Numbered from the stretch's first letter, positions 44,147 to 53,564 are shown. The stretch is 64,000 bases of DNA from an uncultured Polyangiales bacterium (GCA_964640175.1 CAZXFW010000010.1:30638-94637), one strand, 5' to 3'. Notes: a model not told the origin generated them from the sequence alone. A program made the numbers and translations.

Positions 44147-46015
44147 TTAGTCTATGAGCTGTCGGATGTTGTGCTCAAGCGCTTCAAGCGTCAGTTCATT
44201 GGGCTTGATTGGAGAGCCAATGGTTAGCGTGATGGTTTTCCAGAATTTTCTTGGAGGACGAATTAACCGAGGGGCATCTTTGCGGCTGAACATGCTGCCC
44301 CATAGATTGTTGATAGCCATAGGAACAACGGTAACGGGATTGCTTTCAACAATTTTAAGAATTCCAGGCTTCAATTCCGATAAATCGCCATCGGAAGTAA
44401 TTTTGCCTTCGGGGAATATACATACAACTTCGCCTGCTTTTAGTTCTTCCGAGAGTCGGTCATAGGCCTTCTTGAGTAATTCCGGATCTTCATCGCGCCC
44501 GGCAATTGGAATGACGCGAGCCTGTTTCAACAGGTAGCTCAATATCGGAATATCTAAAAATTTATAATACATCACAAATCGAGTTGGTCGACGAATCGCT
44601 CCAGCGATGATAAGCCAATCCACAAAACTGACGTGATTGCACGCTAAGATCACAGCGCCTTCTTTGGGAATGTTTTCGCTGCCTTTCAATTTAGGTCGGT
44701 ACATCAAGTGAACTAAAATCCAGCTAAGAAATCTCAGCGTAAACTCAGGCGCAATGGAGTAGATATACGTAGCCACGACCGCATTGAGGATACAAATGGC
44801 TAAAAGTATTTGTGGAAACGTCATTCCTAACGAATAAAAAACCAGTATCAGGATGCTTGCGCCAACCATGAATAAAGCGTTCATCACATTGTTTGCGGCG
44901 ATGACACGAGATCGACTGTCAGGATGGCTGTGCTCCTGCATCAGTGCATAGAGCGGTACAATAAAGAGGCCGCCGAATACCGATGTGAGAAAGAAATCAA
45001 GCAACAAGCGTCGGCCTGTTGAGTTTTCAAGAAACTGCTGAATGCCGATCAGATGTGTGCCGTTGACGATCCAATCCGGCTTGATCAGACACAAGTCAAA
45101 TAGAAAGAGTGTCATTCCAAGAGATCCCAATGGCACGAGGCCGATTTCGACCCGTTCAAAGGAAAGCTTTTCGCAAATGATAGCCCCAACGCCAATGCCA
45201 ACAGTGAACATTGCGAGAAACGCGGTGACAACCTGTTCGTTTACTCCCAGAAAATTCTTGCAGTAAACTGGAAGAACCGAAAGTATGCTGGCTCCAAAAA
45301 ACCAAAACCACGAAATGCCGAGAATGGAATTGAAGATAGTCTTCTTTTCGTTGAGCAAAAACCACATCTGCGAGAATGAAGGCAATGGGTTCAAAGAAAT
45401 AACCAACTTAGGATTTCCGATTTCAACGGCGGGTAACTTGCAACTCGTCACGATGCCGAGGCCTGCGATCACTAATAAGGTTGCCGATACAATCAATGTT
45501 GCGTTCGGGCTGGTTACGGCAAGCCCACCCGCTATCGTGCCAAGTAAAATGGCTAAGAAAGTCCCCAGCTCCACATAGGCGTTACCTTCCACGAGCTTTT
45601 CCGATGTTACAATCTGGGGAATCATACTGTATTTCATGGGTCCAAAAAAAGTTGATTGAACTCCCATAAAAAACAGCACGCACAACAGTAACCAAAATTG
45701 GTCGTATTGGAATCCAATGGCTGCCAATACCATAATTCCGAATTCCCACACCTTCGTGTAACGAACCAGTTTTGATTTTTCGAATTTATCTGCGATCTGG
45801 CCGGCAATCGGCGAAAACAAAAAGAATGGCAAAATAAATATCCCGCCCGCAACTGCAACCAGTTTATCGGTTTGTAGGCTGGCAATTGAGATTCCTTTGA
45901 AAGTGATCAAAACAAGGAGAGCATTTTTTAGAAAGTTGTCGTTAAGGGCCCCGAGAAACTGTGTCCAGAAGAGCGGACTAAATTTCTTGTCGCTCACGAT
46001 CATTTTTATCGACAT
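44147..46015 (-). CDS. MFS transporter fused to acyltransferase (LplT-PlsC type)
   Basis: WTQFLGALNDNFLKN, GQIADKF, FFGPMKYS; C-terminal CNHVSFVD and IFPEGKIT. Confidence 0.92.
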   Translation of the reverse strand: MSIKMIVSDKKFSPLFWTQFLGALNDNFLKNALLVLITFKGISIASLQTDKLVAVAGGIFILPFFLFSPIAGQIADKFEKSKLVRYTKVWEFGIMVLAAIGFQYDQFWLLLCVLFFMGVQSTFFGPMKYSMIPQIVTSEKLVEGNAYVELGTFLAILLGTIAGGLAVTSPNATLIVSATLLVIAGLGIVTSCKLPAVEIGNPKLVISLNPLPSFSQMWFLLNEKKTIFNSILGISWFWFFGASILSVLPVYCKNFLGVNEQVVTAFLAMFTVGIGVGAIICEKLSFERVEIGLVPLGSLGMTLFLFDLCLIKPDWIVNGTHLIGIQQFLENSTGRRLLLDFFLTSVFGGLFIVPLYALMQEHSHPDSRSRVIAANNVMNALFMVGASILILVFYSLGMTFPQILLAICILNAVVATYIYSIAPEFTLRFLSWILVHLMYRPKLKGSENIPKEGAVILACNHVSFVDWLIIAGAIRRPTRFVMYYKFLDIPILSYLLKQARVIPIAGRDEDPELLKKAYDRLSEELKAGEVVCIFPEGKITSDGDLSELKPGILKIVESNPVTVVPMAINNLWGSMFSRKDAPRLIRPPRKFWKTITLTIGSPIKPNELTLEALEHNIRQLID

Positions 46016-46333
46016 CTTAACCTATTCTCTCCATAGCTCTCGTTTGAAAGTACTGTTGTTAACAGCGCTACCTGCTCTTGGCAGCGGTGTGGTGGGGACA
46101 TAGCCTGGCTGGTTAGGTACCACAAGGAGATACCCCAATGACAGAACTCGTGACATGAGGACTGTCGTTAGGACAAGTAGCTGGGGCGAGTGAGCGTAGG
46201 CATCGTTAAGTCTTGTTGGGCTAGAACCAAGGCGGTGAAATGCTGAAACACTTTGATGACCTCGCCCGGTCATGGAAGGATTGAGCCCAAGGTCCCGAGG
46301 TGTATGGAAAGACACCAAAGCATTTGGCTTACC

Positions 46334-47449
46334 CTATGGAAGCTTGCTCCGTATAAGCATGGTTGCCAAGGTAAGCGTCACAGCTGCGATAAGAGCCATT
46401 GGCCACATGTTTGAAAGAATGTCGGTAGGAGACAAGGCCTTGAGAAAGCTGCCTTGCAGGATGATGAGGAAATGCTTGAGTGGGATGCCCTCAGCCAGCC
46501 ATTGAAGCACGATGGGCATGTTTTCAATGGGTGTGGCAAAGCCTGACATGATCACAGTGGGCACCGCGATTGTAAACGTGCCCAAGATGGCCTGCTGCTG
46601 GGTTGAGCAAATCGCCGACACCATCAATCCGATCCCTACTACCGACAAAATAAAGAGAAGCAGGCACAGATAGAGCATCCACAGCGATCCTGTGAAGGGA
46701 ACATGGAACACCCAGACACCCGCACTCAGCATTACAGACGCCAGTACCATGCCCACGCAGAATGCTGGGATTGTCTTGGCAATGATGATCTCAGTGGGTG
46801 TACAGGGCGAAACCAGTAGTTGGTCGAACGTGCCGAGCTCCCGTTCGCGAGCAATTGATAGAGCCGTCACCATCAATGAAACGAGCATGACAAGCATTCC
46901 CATCAAACTCGGGACGACAAACCACCTGTAATTAAGGTTCGGGTTGAACCAGTGTCGCTCCACGGCCAAGTTGCGTGGCATCTCCGAAGAGCTCATTCTT
47001 CGCGCGAACGGGACATTGCCGACGATGGTCTGCAGATAGCCGAATGTGATTTGGGAAGCGTTGGCCTTGCGGCCATCCAGGATGACCTGCGCTGTGCCGC
47101 CTCGCCCAGCTGCAACATCACGCGAGAAGGTATCAGGAAAGACAACGCCGGCAATTACTGTCTGCTTGTCAATTAGTTCAGCAAGTTCTTTTTCGCTTTC
47201 AACTGGATGAATCTTGCGTACGAGATCAGAAGCTTCGAGTTGTTGCACAACTTCCCACGAGGCTCCGCCTGAGTCGCGATTGAAGATGGCGATGTCGATG
47301 CTCTTGACCTCGAGGGTGACGGCGAAGGAGAAGATAAAAAGCTGAACGATCGGGGGAATGATCAGAATAATTCGGCTCTTTGGATCACGCAAAAGGCAGC
47401 GCAACTCCTTCATGATCTGTGCGCGGATGCGAATCAGGCTTGCTTGCAT
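46334..47449 (-). CDS. ybhR: ABC-2 permease, YbhR-like
   Basis: WFNPNLNYRWF, IARERELGTFDQLLVSP, SGFATPIENMP. Confidence 0.85.
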   Translation of the reverse strand: MQASLIRIRAQIMKELRCLLRDPKSRIILIIPPIVQLFIFSFAVTLEVKSIDIAIFNRDSGGASWEVVQQLEASDLVRKIHPVESEKELAELIDKQTVIAGVVFPDTFSRDVAAGRGGTAQVILDGRKANASQITFGYLQTIVGNVPFARRMSSSEMPRNLAVERHWFNPNLNYRWFVVPSLMGMLVMLVSLMVTALSIARERELGTFDQLLVSPCTPTEIIIAKTIPAFCVGMVLASVMLSAGVWVFHVPFTGSLWMLYLCLLLFILSVVGIGLMVSAICSTQQQAILGTFTIAVPTVIMSGFATPIENMPIVLQWLAEGIPLKHFLIILQGSFLKALSPTDILSNMWPMALIAAVTLTLATMLIRSKLP

Positions 47450-47452
47450 GTC

Positions 47453-48595
47453 TCAGGCCTCCAGACTTTTGCGCGTTGTCTTGATGACTGCGACGAAAAA
47501 AAGCGCGCCAATTAAAGACATCGCGCACAGTGAAGGGATGAGTAACGACCATACATTGCCGGCGAGAAAGACAGTCTGCAACGCGGAATTGAAATAGCGC
47601 GCTGGCACCAAATAGGTTACGTACTGCATCGCGATGGGCATCGATCTGATCTCAAAGATGAACCCGGACAAGAGGAAAGCAGGCAGAAACCCTGAAAGCA
47701 GCGCAACCAGTGCGGCCACAAATTGATTGCGCGCCAGGGTCGATATCAACAGGCCTTGTCCAAGTGAGGGAACCAAAAAGACCGACGACAGTAGCAGCAA
47801 GGTCAGCACCGAACCGCGCAAGGGAACGCCCAACACAAATACCGCTAGAACAACGCTTACGGCTGTGGCCAGAAGTCCAAGGCCGAAATAGGGCAGCAGT
47901 TTACCTATGACGATCTCAAAAACGGTGGCAGGCGTGGAGAGAAGTCCTTCCATCGTTCCCCGCTCCCATTCGCGCGCCACCACCAGCGCGGTTAGAAGTG
48001 TGCCAATGATGGTCATGACGATCGCCAAGGCGCCTGGCACCAATGCGCGGCGGCTTTCAATCTCGGGATTAAACCAGAAGCGTTGTTGCAGGGCGACGAC
48101 GGGGGTTACTTGGTTTTGTGCGGCACTATGCGAAACGCTCCAGTTCATGACCACCCCGCGGGTGTAGTTGGCAACGAAGGTTGCCGTGTTGGGCTGCGTG
48201 CCGTCTGTAATGATTTGTACCAGGCCATCTGAGTAGCCACGGTTTAGCCGTTGTGTGAAATCCTGAGGAATGACGACATATCCGCGTAGATGCCCGGCAA
48301 TGACTTGCGGCTCGACTTCTCGTCGGTCCCGTGCCGGAGTGATCGAGAAATAGCGACTAGCTGCGAACGCAGTCGCCAGTGACTGGGCAGCTTCGGAATC
48401 AGACTCCAGCACGACGCCGATGCGGACGTTACGGATATCCAAAGATATAGCGTAGGCAAATAAAAACAGCATCATGATCGGCAATGCCAAGGCCACGAGC
48501 CACGTGGAGGGGTCACGAAAAATCTGCAACATTTCCTTGCGTGCAATGGCTCCCAAGCGTCGGGGGCTGAGCAGTTGAACGTGAGATGAATTCAT
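47453..48595 (-). CDS. ybhS: ABC-2 permease, YbhS-like
   Basis: RKEMLQIFRDP, WFNPEIESR, VAREWERGTMEGLLSTP. Confidence 0.85.
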   Translation of the reverse strand: MNSSHVQLLSPRRLGAIARKEMLQIFRDPSTWLVALALPIMMLFLFAYAISLDIRNVRIGVVLESDSEAAQSLATAFAASRYFSITPARDRREVEPQVIAGHLRGYVVIPQDFTQRLNRGYSDGLVQIITDGTQPNTATFVANYTRGVVMNWSVSHSAAQNQVTPVVALQQRFWFNPEIESRRALVPGALAIVMTIIGTLLTALVVAREWERGTMEGLLSTPATVFEIVIGKLLPYFGLGLLATAVSVVLAVFVLGVPLRGSVLTLLLLSSVFLVPSLGQGLLISTLARNQFVAALVALLSGFLPAFLLSGFIFEIRSMPIAMQYVTYLVPARYFNSALQTVFLAGNVWSLLIPSLCAMSLIGALFFVAVIKTTRKSLEA

Positions 48596-50382
48596 GACGC
48601 GCCCTCCATTGTGTCCACTTGTTTGATAAGGTGAATGAAGGCGTCCTCCATAGTCGGTTCATGATCGGTATGCCGAACGGCCTGCCGTTTTAGCGCATCG
48701 GGTGTGTCAAGCGCGATCAGTTTTGATCGGTATATGAGTGCGACTCGATCGCAGTACTCGGCTTCATCCATAAAGTGCGTCGTCACCATGACGGTGACTC
48801 CCTTGCGCACCAGTCCATTGATGTGGGTCCAAAATTCACGGCGCGTGATCGGATCGACCCCGGAGGTGGGCTCATCGAGAAAGAGCACAGGCGGCCGGTG
48901 CATCAATGAGCATGCAAGTGCTAAGCGCTGTTTGTAGCCGAGTGACAGCTCATCTGGAGCAGAGTCAAGAAACCGGGCGAGTTCAAAGGCCTTGATCATT
49001 TCATTGATCCGCTGCTGTTTTAGATTGCCTGTCAGGCCATAGACGCCAGCTGAAAAATCCAGGTTCTGCCGAACGGACATGAGTCCATAGAGGGAAAATT
49101 TTTGCGCCATGTAGCCCAGTTTGTTTTTGGCTTGGCTTGGGGCATGCGCAAGGTTTAGCCCAACGACATGTGCGGATCCTTCTGTGGGAGTCAGCAATCC
49201 GCAGAGCATCTTAAACGTTGTCGATTTGCCAGCTCCATTGGGGCCAAGAAGACCAAAAATCTCACCCTGTTTTACCTCGAAGCTTACATGATCGGTTGCT
49301 GTGAAGTCGCCAAACCGGCGCGTCAGATCTGAACATGACACAGCAATCGCGCTATCAATTTTGACCGGAGTCATTAGCTCGGCGATGACGGAGGTTCCTC
49401 CTGGTCCACCTCCCAAGAGATCTACAAACGCATCTTCGAATCTCGGTGCGACGGCTTCGAGATGAGAATGCACTGTGTTGGCGAACTGATAGGCAGGTTC
49501 AACCGCTTCGTCCGCACGTGTTACGAGGCGGAGTGAGCTTCCTTGAATGACGCCGTCACTGATGGAGGGAAGGTCTAACGCTCGAGATAATATATGTCGG
49601 CGGTCACCTTCTGGGTTAACCAGTCGGAAACTTCGGCCCGCGAGCCGTTGGGTTAGCACCTCAGGTTTTCCATTGAATTCCAGCTTTCCTTTGTCGAGCA
49701 GGAGCACTGATTCACACTGTTCCGCTTCATCCAGATAAGCAGTCGACCATAAAACCGCCATCCCTTCGTCTGTCAGTTCGCCGACCATGCGCCACAGATC
49801 CAGGCGACTGACGGGATCGACACCGACGCCCGGTTCATCGAGGAGAAGCACTTGGGGACGCGCCATCAATGCACAGGCCAGTCCAAGTTTTTGCTTCATG
49901 CCACCAGACAGCTTGCCTGCGAGACGGTTGGTGAATGGGCCGAGCTTGGTGAATTCAAGCAGGCGCTCAAAAGCGGACTTACGCTCGGGCGGTGGCAACT
50001 CGCGCAACTCGGCATAAAGGTGCAGGTTCTCCATAACCGATAGATCTTCGTAGAGACCAAAACGCTGCGGCATGTAGCCTACGAGGTGAGCAATTTCGTT
50101 CTGCTCGCGAACGGTATCCCTTCCCAGTACATGGATTGAACCTTCGTCCGGCGTCAGTAGGCCTGCTATCAATCGCATGAGTGTTGTTTTGCCTGCACCA
50201 TCAGGGCCAACTAAACCCGTAAGCCGGCCCGGTAGGATGTTGGCGGCAATGCCATCCAGTGCAAGCACCCCTGAAAAGCGTTTGACAAGATCAGCCACCC
50301 GGACGCTTGGGTTTGTGTCCGCAAATTCCGATGTCTGACCGGTGGGTTGCGTGGTGGCTTCGTTCATGGTCCGAGGGCTCAT
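48592..50382 (-). CDS. ybhF: Double-domain ABC ATPase, YbhF-like
   Basis: GPDGAGKT/LSGGMKQ/LLLDEP and GPNGAGKS/LSLGYKQ/LFLDEPT. Confidence 0.9.
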   Translation of the reverse strand: MSPRTMNEATTQPTGQTSEFADTNPSVRVADLVKRFSGVLALDGIAANILPGRLTGLVGPDGAGKTTLMRLIAGLLTPDEGSIHVLGRDTVREQNEIAHLVGYMPQRFGLYEDLSVMENLHLYAELRELPPPERKSAFERLLEFTKLGPFTNRLAGKLSGGMKQKLGLACALMARPQVLLLDEPGVGVDPVSRLDLWRMVGELTDEGMAVLWSTAYLDEAEQCESVLLLDKGKLEFNGKPEVLTQRLAGRSFRLVNPEGDRRHILSRALDLPSISDGVIQGSSLRLVTRADEAVEPAYQFANTVHSHLEAVAPRFEDAFVDLLGGGPGGTSVIAELMTPVKIDSAIAVSCSDLTRRFGDFTATDHVSFEVKQGEIFGLLGPNGAGKSTTFKMLCGLLTPTEGSAHVVGLNLAHAPSQAKNKLGYMAQKFSLYGLMSVRQNLDFSAGVYGLTGNLKQQRINEMIKAFELARFLDSAPDELSLGYKQRLALACSLMHRPPVLFLDEPTSGVDPITRREFWTHINGLVRKGVTVMVTTHFMDEAEYCDRVALIYRSKLIALDTPDALKRQAVRHTDHEPTMEDAFIHLIKQVDTMEGAS

Positions 50383-51380
50383 AAATGCTGGCGTTCATTC
50401 ACAGTGACCGTAACCGGCATACCCTGACGCAACACCTTCGCGCTCGCCGGAAGCACGATACGAACGCGGTATACGAGGTCGGTGCGCAACTCGGTGGTTT
50501 CCACCGATTTTGGTGTGAACTCAGCTTTGGGTGAGATAAAGCCAATGTGTCCCTTGAATTTTTCGTCCGTTCCATCCGTTTGTACTGTCACGCGGGTTCC
50601 AGGTTGCACTTTGATTAACTGGGACTGGCTGACATACGCGCGCACATAAATCGGATCCTGCAAAGACAGCGTATATACAGGCGTGTTGCTAGTCACCATA
50701 CTGCCGACTTCGCGAACCCGAGCCGAAATCAGGCCGTCGGACGGTGCGACCAAACGCGTGTCTGCCAATGCTGTTTCTGCTTGGGCGAGTTGCGCCTCTG
50801 CAGCCTCAAGGTGTGCTTTCGCGGCGGCAATGTCTTCCTTACGGAAGCCTTCTTTTCGTAGCAAGAGTTCTTGCTTGGCTGAGTACAACAACGCCTGAGC
50901 CTGATCCCGGGCGCTCGTGGCTGCTTCCAGTGTCTGCGCGCTTACCGCGCCCGCTTTCACCAACGCGGTTTGTCTTGCGAAGTTCAGTTCAGCCTCGGTT
51001 ACTGCTGCTTTGGCTTGTCGCACAGAGGCATCGGCTTGCGCGACCTCTTGCTTGCGAGAGCCGCTTGTGGCTTTCTGAAGGTCTGCTGCCGCCTGTGCCC
51101 TGTTGGCTTTGGCAAGCGCCAGAGCTTCCTTGAAAGGTGTGGCATCCAGTTCCGCGATCAACGCTCCTTGTTTGACCGTCGCGCCTTCGTCGAATCTCAA
51201 TACGGTAATACGACCTGACTGCCGGAAGGCGAGATCCACCTCGCGAATATCCACATTGCCAAAGAGAACCACAGCCGCTGGAGCGTTCCCCTTGTGCTTT
51301 AAGAAATAGCCGATGCCCAAGGCAGCCACAATCACCATTAACACAACTGCAATGATTTTTTGGTGCGTCATAGGGATCAT
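50379..51380 (-). CDS. ybhG: HlyD family membrane fusion protein, YbhG-like
   Basis: N-terminal TM, GNVDIREVDLAF, EFTPKSVETTELRTDLVYR; ATGA overlap with regulator stop. Confidence 0.88.
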   Translation of the reverse strand: MIPMTHQKIIAVVLMVIVAALGIGYFLKHKGNAPAAVVLFGNVDIREVDLAFRQSGRITVLRFDEGATVKQGALIAELDATPFKEALALAKANRAQAAADLQKATSGSRKQEVAQADASVRQAKAAVTEAELNFARQTALVKAGAVSAQTLEAATSARDQAQALLYSAKQELLLRKEGFRKEDIAAAKAHLEAAEAQLAQAETALADTRLVAPSDGLISARVREVGSMVTSNTPVYTLSLQDPIYVRAYVSQSQLIKVQPGTRVTVQTDGTDEKFKGHIGFISPKAEFTPKSVETTELRTDLVYRVRIVLPASAKVLRQGMPVTVTVNERQHL

Positions 51381-52066
51381 TCCTTTGTTGAAAGCAGCGC
51401 ACACACGTTTGCCCTTGTCTGCTTGATTAGCACTTCAAACTCAGATGGGCCGATGTCTTTCCAGCCCAGATGGCGTAGCAAGGTGCTTCGAGCTGCTCTA
51501 AATACGAGTGTCTGTCCGAGGATGGCTGCAACCGATAGAGAGGCTTCCTGGTGAGATAGGGTTGGCCTGATGCGCTGGACCAGAGTAGTAACCACATCCA
51601 GGGAGCGCTTCATAAAACCTTCGTAAAGGATGTCGAAGGCTGTCGTAGGCTCATGCTGTTCGCGCATAATCAACTGCGCCGAGGTGCTCATCTGGGCCGA
51701 GGCGAACAGGCGCACCATGTCTTCAACAAGACTTAGAGCAAGCAGGACGCACTGTTTCCGTTCAGTATTCGTCAGCTCGCGATCGCAAGGGAGCACTGCC
51801 AGATGCGCTTCGATTCTGTCAATTCCCGGACCAATGTAGGTTTGGATTTGCTCGCAAATAAAACGAAAAACCGCCAGGTACAATCCTTCCTTGTTGCCGA
51901 AGTGATAGCGGATCAACGCTTGATTGACCTTGGCGCGACGCGCTATCTCACGTTGGCCTGTGCCGTAATAACCGCTGCTAGCGAACTCAATCAAGGCCGC
52001 CTCGACCAGCGCACGCCGGGTTATGTTCCCCCGGTCCGTGGGTTTATCGGTATTGTCCACGTGCAC
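51377..52066 (-). CDS. cecR: TetR family regulator, CecR/YbiH-like
   Basis: HTH GYYGTGQREIARRAKVNQALIRYHFGNKEGLY; DUF1956-like C-terminus; heads a ybhGFSR-type operon. Confidence 0.75.
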   Translation of the reverse strand: MHVDNTDKPTDRGNITRRALVEAALIEFASSGYYGTGQREIARRAKVNQALIRYHFGNKEGLYLAVFRFICEQIQTYIGPGIDRIEAHLAVLPCDRELTNTERKQCVLLALSLVEDMVRLFASAQMSTSAQLIMREQHEPTTAFDILYEGFMKRSLDVVTTLVQRIRPTLSHQEASLSVAAILGQTLVFRAARSTLLRHLGWKDIGPSEFEVLIKQTRANVCALLSTKE

Positions 52067-52105
52067 AATTTAATCATATGATTAAATTAGTCAAACGATT
52101 AAATT
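52067..52105. promoter_or_regulatory. Tandem TetR operators
   Basis: Perfect 22-bp palindrome AATTTAATCATATGATTAAATT (52067-52088) abutting the GTG start, plus degenerate copy AAATTAGTCAAACGATTAAATT (52084-52105). Confidence 0.8.
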
Positions 52106-52110
52106 CAATC

Positions 52111-52276
52111 CCATCAAAGCTCAGCGGCCGAGCATTGTTAGACGAAGATTTCGTGCGCGAACGCGGTTGGCCGTTGGACGGATCTTAGCCACTACCTGTG
52201 CGATCCTAACCATGAACCGCCTCGCGTAAGCCTACAAGGACTGGGAGTCGAACGTCTTCGTCAGCTGCCTGCATAA
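52111..52276 (+). pseudogene. Frameshifted 3' fragment homologous to the SDR gene at 61970-62800
   Basis: PSKLSGRALLDEDFVRERGW[7-nt insertion]TDLSHYLCDPNHEPPRV versus PSELSGQALLDEDFLRQRGWTDFSAYRCDPNHEPPRV. Confidence 0.8.
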
Positions 52277-52368
52277 CACGGCTCAACGTATAAGCACGAT
52301 CAAAAAGTACTCTCAGATGCACCCCACAATTCATTTGTGGTGGAGGGGTTCAACTTACAGCAAGCCTA

Positions 52369-52608
52369 TCAAGAAATCAGTCCCAAGCGGCGAAGGTCAT
52401 CCTCGTTCCACTCAGCACCTGAGATCATGGAAGCGAGCGTTTTGGGTGGGAAGGTTGCTCCCGGTCTGTGATAAGCAACGATGACACGTCGTCCGTCGTG
52501 ATGACGGTAGACACGGTGGCTGCCTTTACTGCGAACGTAGCTAAAACCATCCGCTTCAAGTGCACGGATCAATTCTCGGGTTGTAGTGTTTTTCAGCTCT
52601 GGGTTCAT
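52369..52608 (-). CDS. hicA: HicA family toxin (mRNA interferase)
   Basis: ELIRALEADGFSYVRSKGSHRVY...VIVAYH...TLASMI; GSH motif. Confidence 0.88.
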   Translation of the reverse strand: MNPELKNTTTRELIRALEADGFSYVRSKGSHRVYRHHDGRRVIVAYHRPGATFPPKTLASMISGAEWNEDDLRRLGLIS

Positions 52609-52838
52609 CCCGCCAGGACACTGATCGCGGGCGATTCCAAAACCTGGCGAGCAGGAGGAATCGACTCACCAGATGCCACAAGATCTTCGACATAAACTTC
52701 TACGGCTTCACGTATATTTCGAATGGCTTCCTCTTCGGTTTTGCCCCAAGTGGTGCATCCCGGAAGCGATGGACAGCTAGCGCTCCATCGGCCGTCTTCG
52801 TCTTGCTCGATAGAAATGTCGAATACGTAGGTTTTCAT
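52605..52838 (-). CDS. hicB: HicB family antitoxin (short form)
   Basis: WSASCPSLPGCTTWGKTEEEAIRNIREAV; RBS AGAGGA before ATG 52838. Confidence 0.9.
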   Translation of the reverse strand: MKTYVFDISIEQDEDGRWSASCPSLPGCTTWGKTEEEAIRNIREAVEVYVEDLVASGESIPPARQVLESPAISVLAG

Positions 52839-52920
52839 GTTGAATCCTCTTATAATGGTGAAACGCGCCGGATATTTTGTCAATTTGAGCCTGCAATCGA
52901 TCCGTATCAGGGAGTTCGGG

Positions 52921-52943
52921 CTTGTTGCCCGAAGGGCAACAAG
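52921..52943 (-). terminator. Hairpin following the displaced tmRNA 3' fragment
   Basis: CTTGTTGCCC-GAA-GGGCAACAAG perfect 10-bp inverted repeat; no U-tract. Confidence 0.5.
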
Positions 52944-52945
52944 GA

Positions 52946-52968
52946 GTGGTGGAGGCGCTGGGACTCGA
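52946..52968 (-). repeat. Direct repeat of the tmRNA 3' end (att-like)
   Basis: GTGGTGGAGGCGCTGGGAcTCGA matches 53079-53101 at 22 of 23 nt. Confidence 0.85.
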
Positions 52969-53053
52969 CCAAATGTGAAATCTTGCAGAACGGAACGGAC
53001 GCGAGTCCGTGGAGTTGCAAGATTTCAGGGTTGGCGATGGACAGCTAAGTGTG

Positions 53054-53078
53054 GCTCGGAGACTGAAAGTCTCCGAGC
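53054..53078 (-). terminator. Hairpin immediately downstream of tmRNA
   Basis: GCTCGGAGAC-TGAAA-GTCTCCGAGC perfect 10-bp inverted repeat; no U-tract. Confidence 0.55.
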
Positions 53079-53079
53079 G

Positions 53080-53441
53080 TGGTGGAGGCGCTGGGAGTCG
53101 AACCCAGGTCCGAAAGCAATCCGCGATGGCTTCTACATGTGTAGTCTGTAGTTTGATGTCGCTATGAAGCACGCCCACAGACAGGCTTGCTTTTTAGCCA
53201 GTAGCTCTAACGCTTCGCCAACTTCCCAAGCTACGAGGATTAGGCTAGCCAGTTCGGTTACGCCTCCCTGAGAGTACTGACAGACTCTTCAGTTCAACGG
53301 CTCTTTTGGCTTAATTAGGCCGCGAGAGCGAGTTCTGCATCATTGTTTGCAGTTGTGTTTCCCCGAGGTATTTACGTCGTATCGAGGACCGACGACACGC
53401 CACCAGCACTTCAACACCCCCGTCGAAGCCGGAACGCCCCC
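53080..53441 (-). ncRNA. ssrA: tmRNA; tag peptide ANNDAELALAA (53350-53315)
   Basis: 5' GGGGGCG...GGCTTCGAC pairs with 3' CGCCTCC-ACCA, T-loop GGTTCGACTCC, internal tag ending ALAA-stop; 362 nt. Confidence 0.96.
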
Positions 53442-53464
53442 AACATGTCAAAGAACACCTCCTT

Positions 53465-53492
53465 ATTATAAGGCCTGGGTGGGCGGCTGCAA
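53465..53492 (-). promoter_or_regulatory. Putative sigma70 promoter of ssrA
   Basis: TTGCAG (53492-53487), 16-nt spacer, TATAAT (53470-53465). Confidence 0.6.
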
Positions 53493-53564
53493 GGCCTGAA
53501 ACGCTTGCCTGCGCTAAGAGTGCCGACAGACGCATGTTTTTCAGGTAGGACTAGGGTTGTGAAG

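Noticed and set aside
46016-46333. Intergenic stretch with a 98-aa ORF between ybhR and the MFS gene
   Set aside because: No recognisable protein motif or RNA structure in any frame; may be a decayed remnant but cannot be supported.
52946-52968. Possible tRNA gene
   Set aside because: Only an acceptor/T-arm fragment identical to tmRNA; no D or anticodon arm.
36863-53100. Prophage or active integrative element
   Set aside because: No integrase, transposase, relaxase or phage structural gene recognised in the window.
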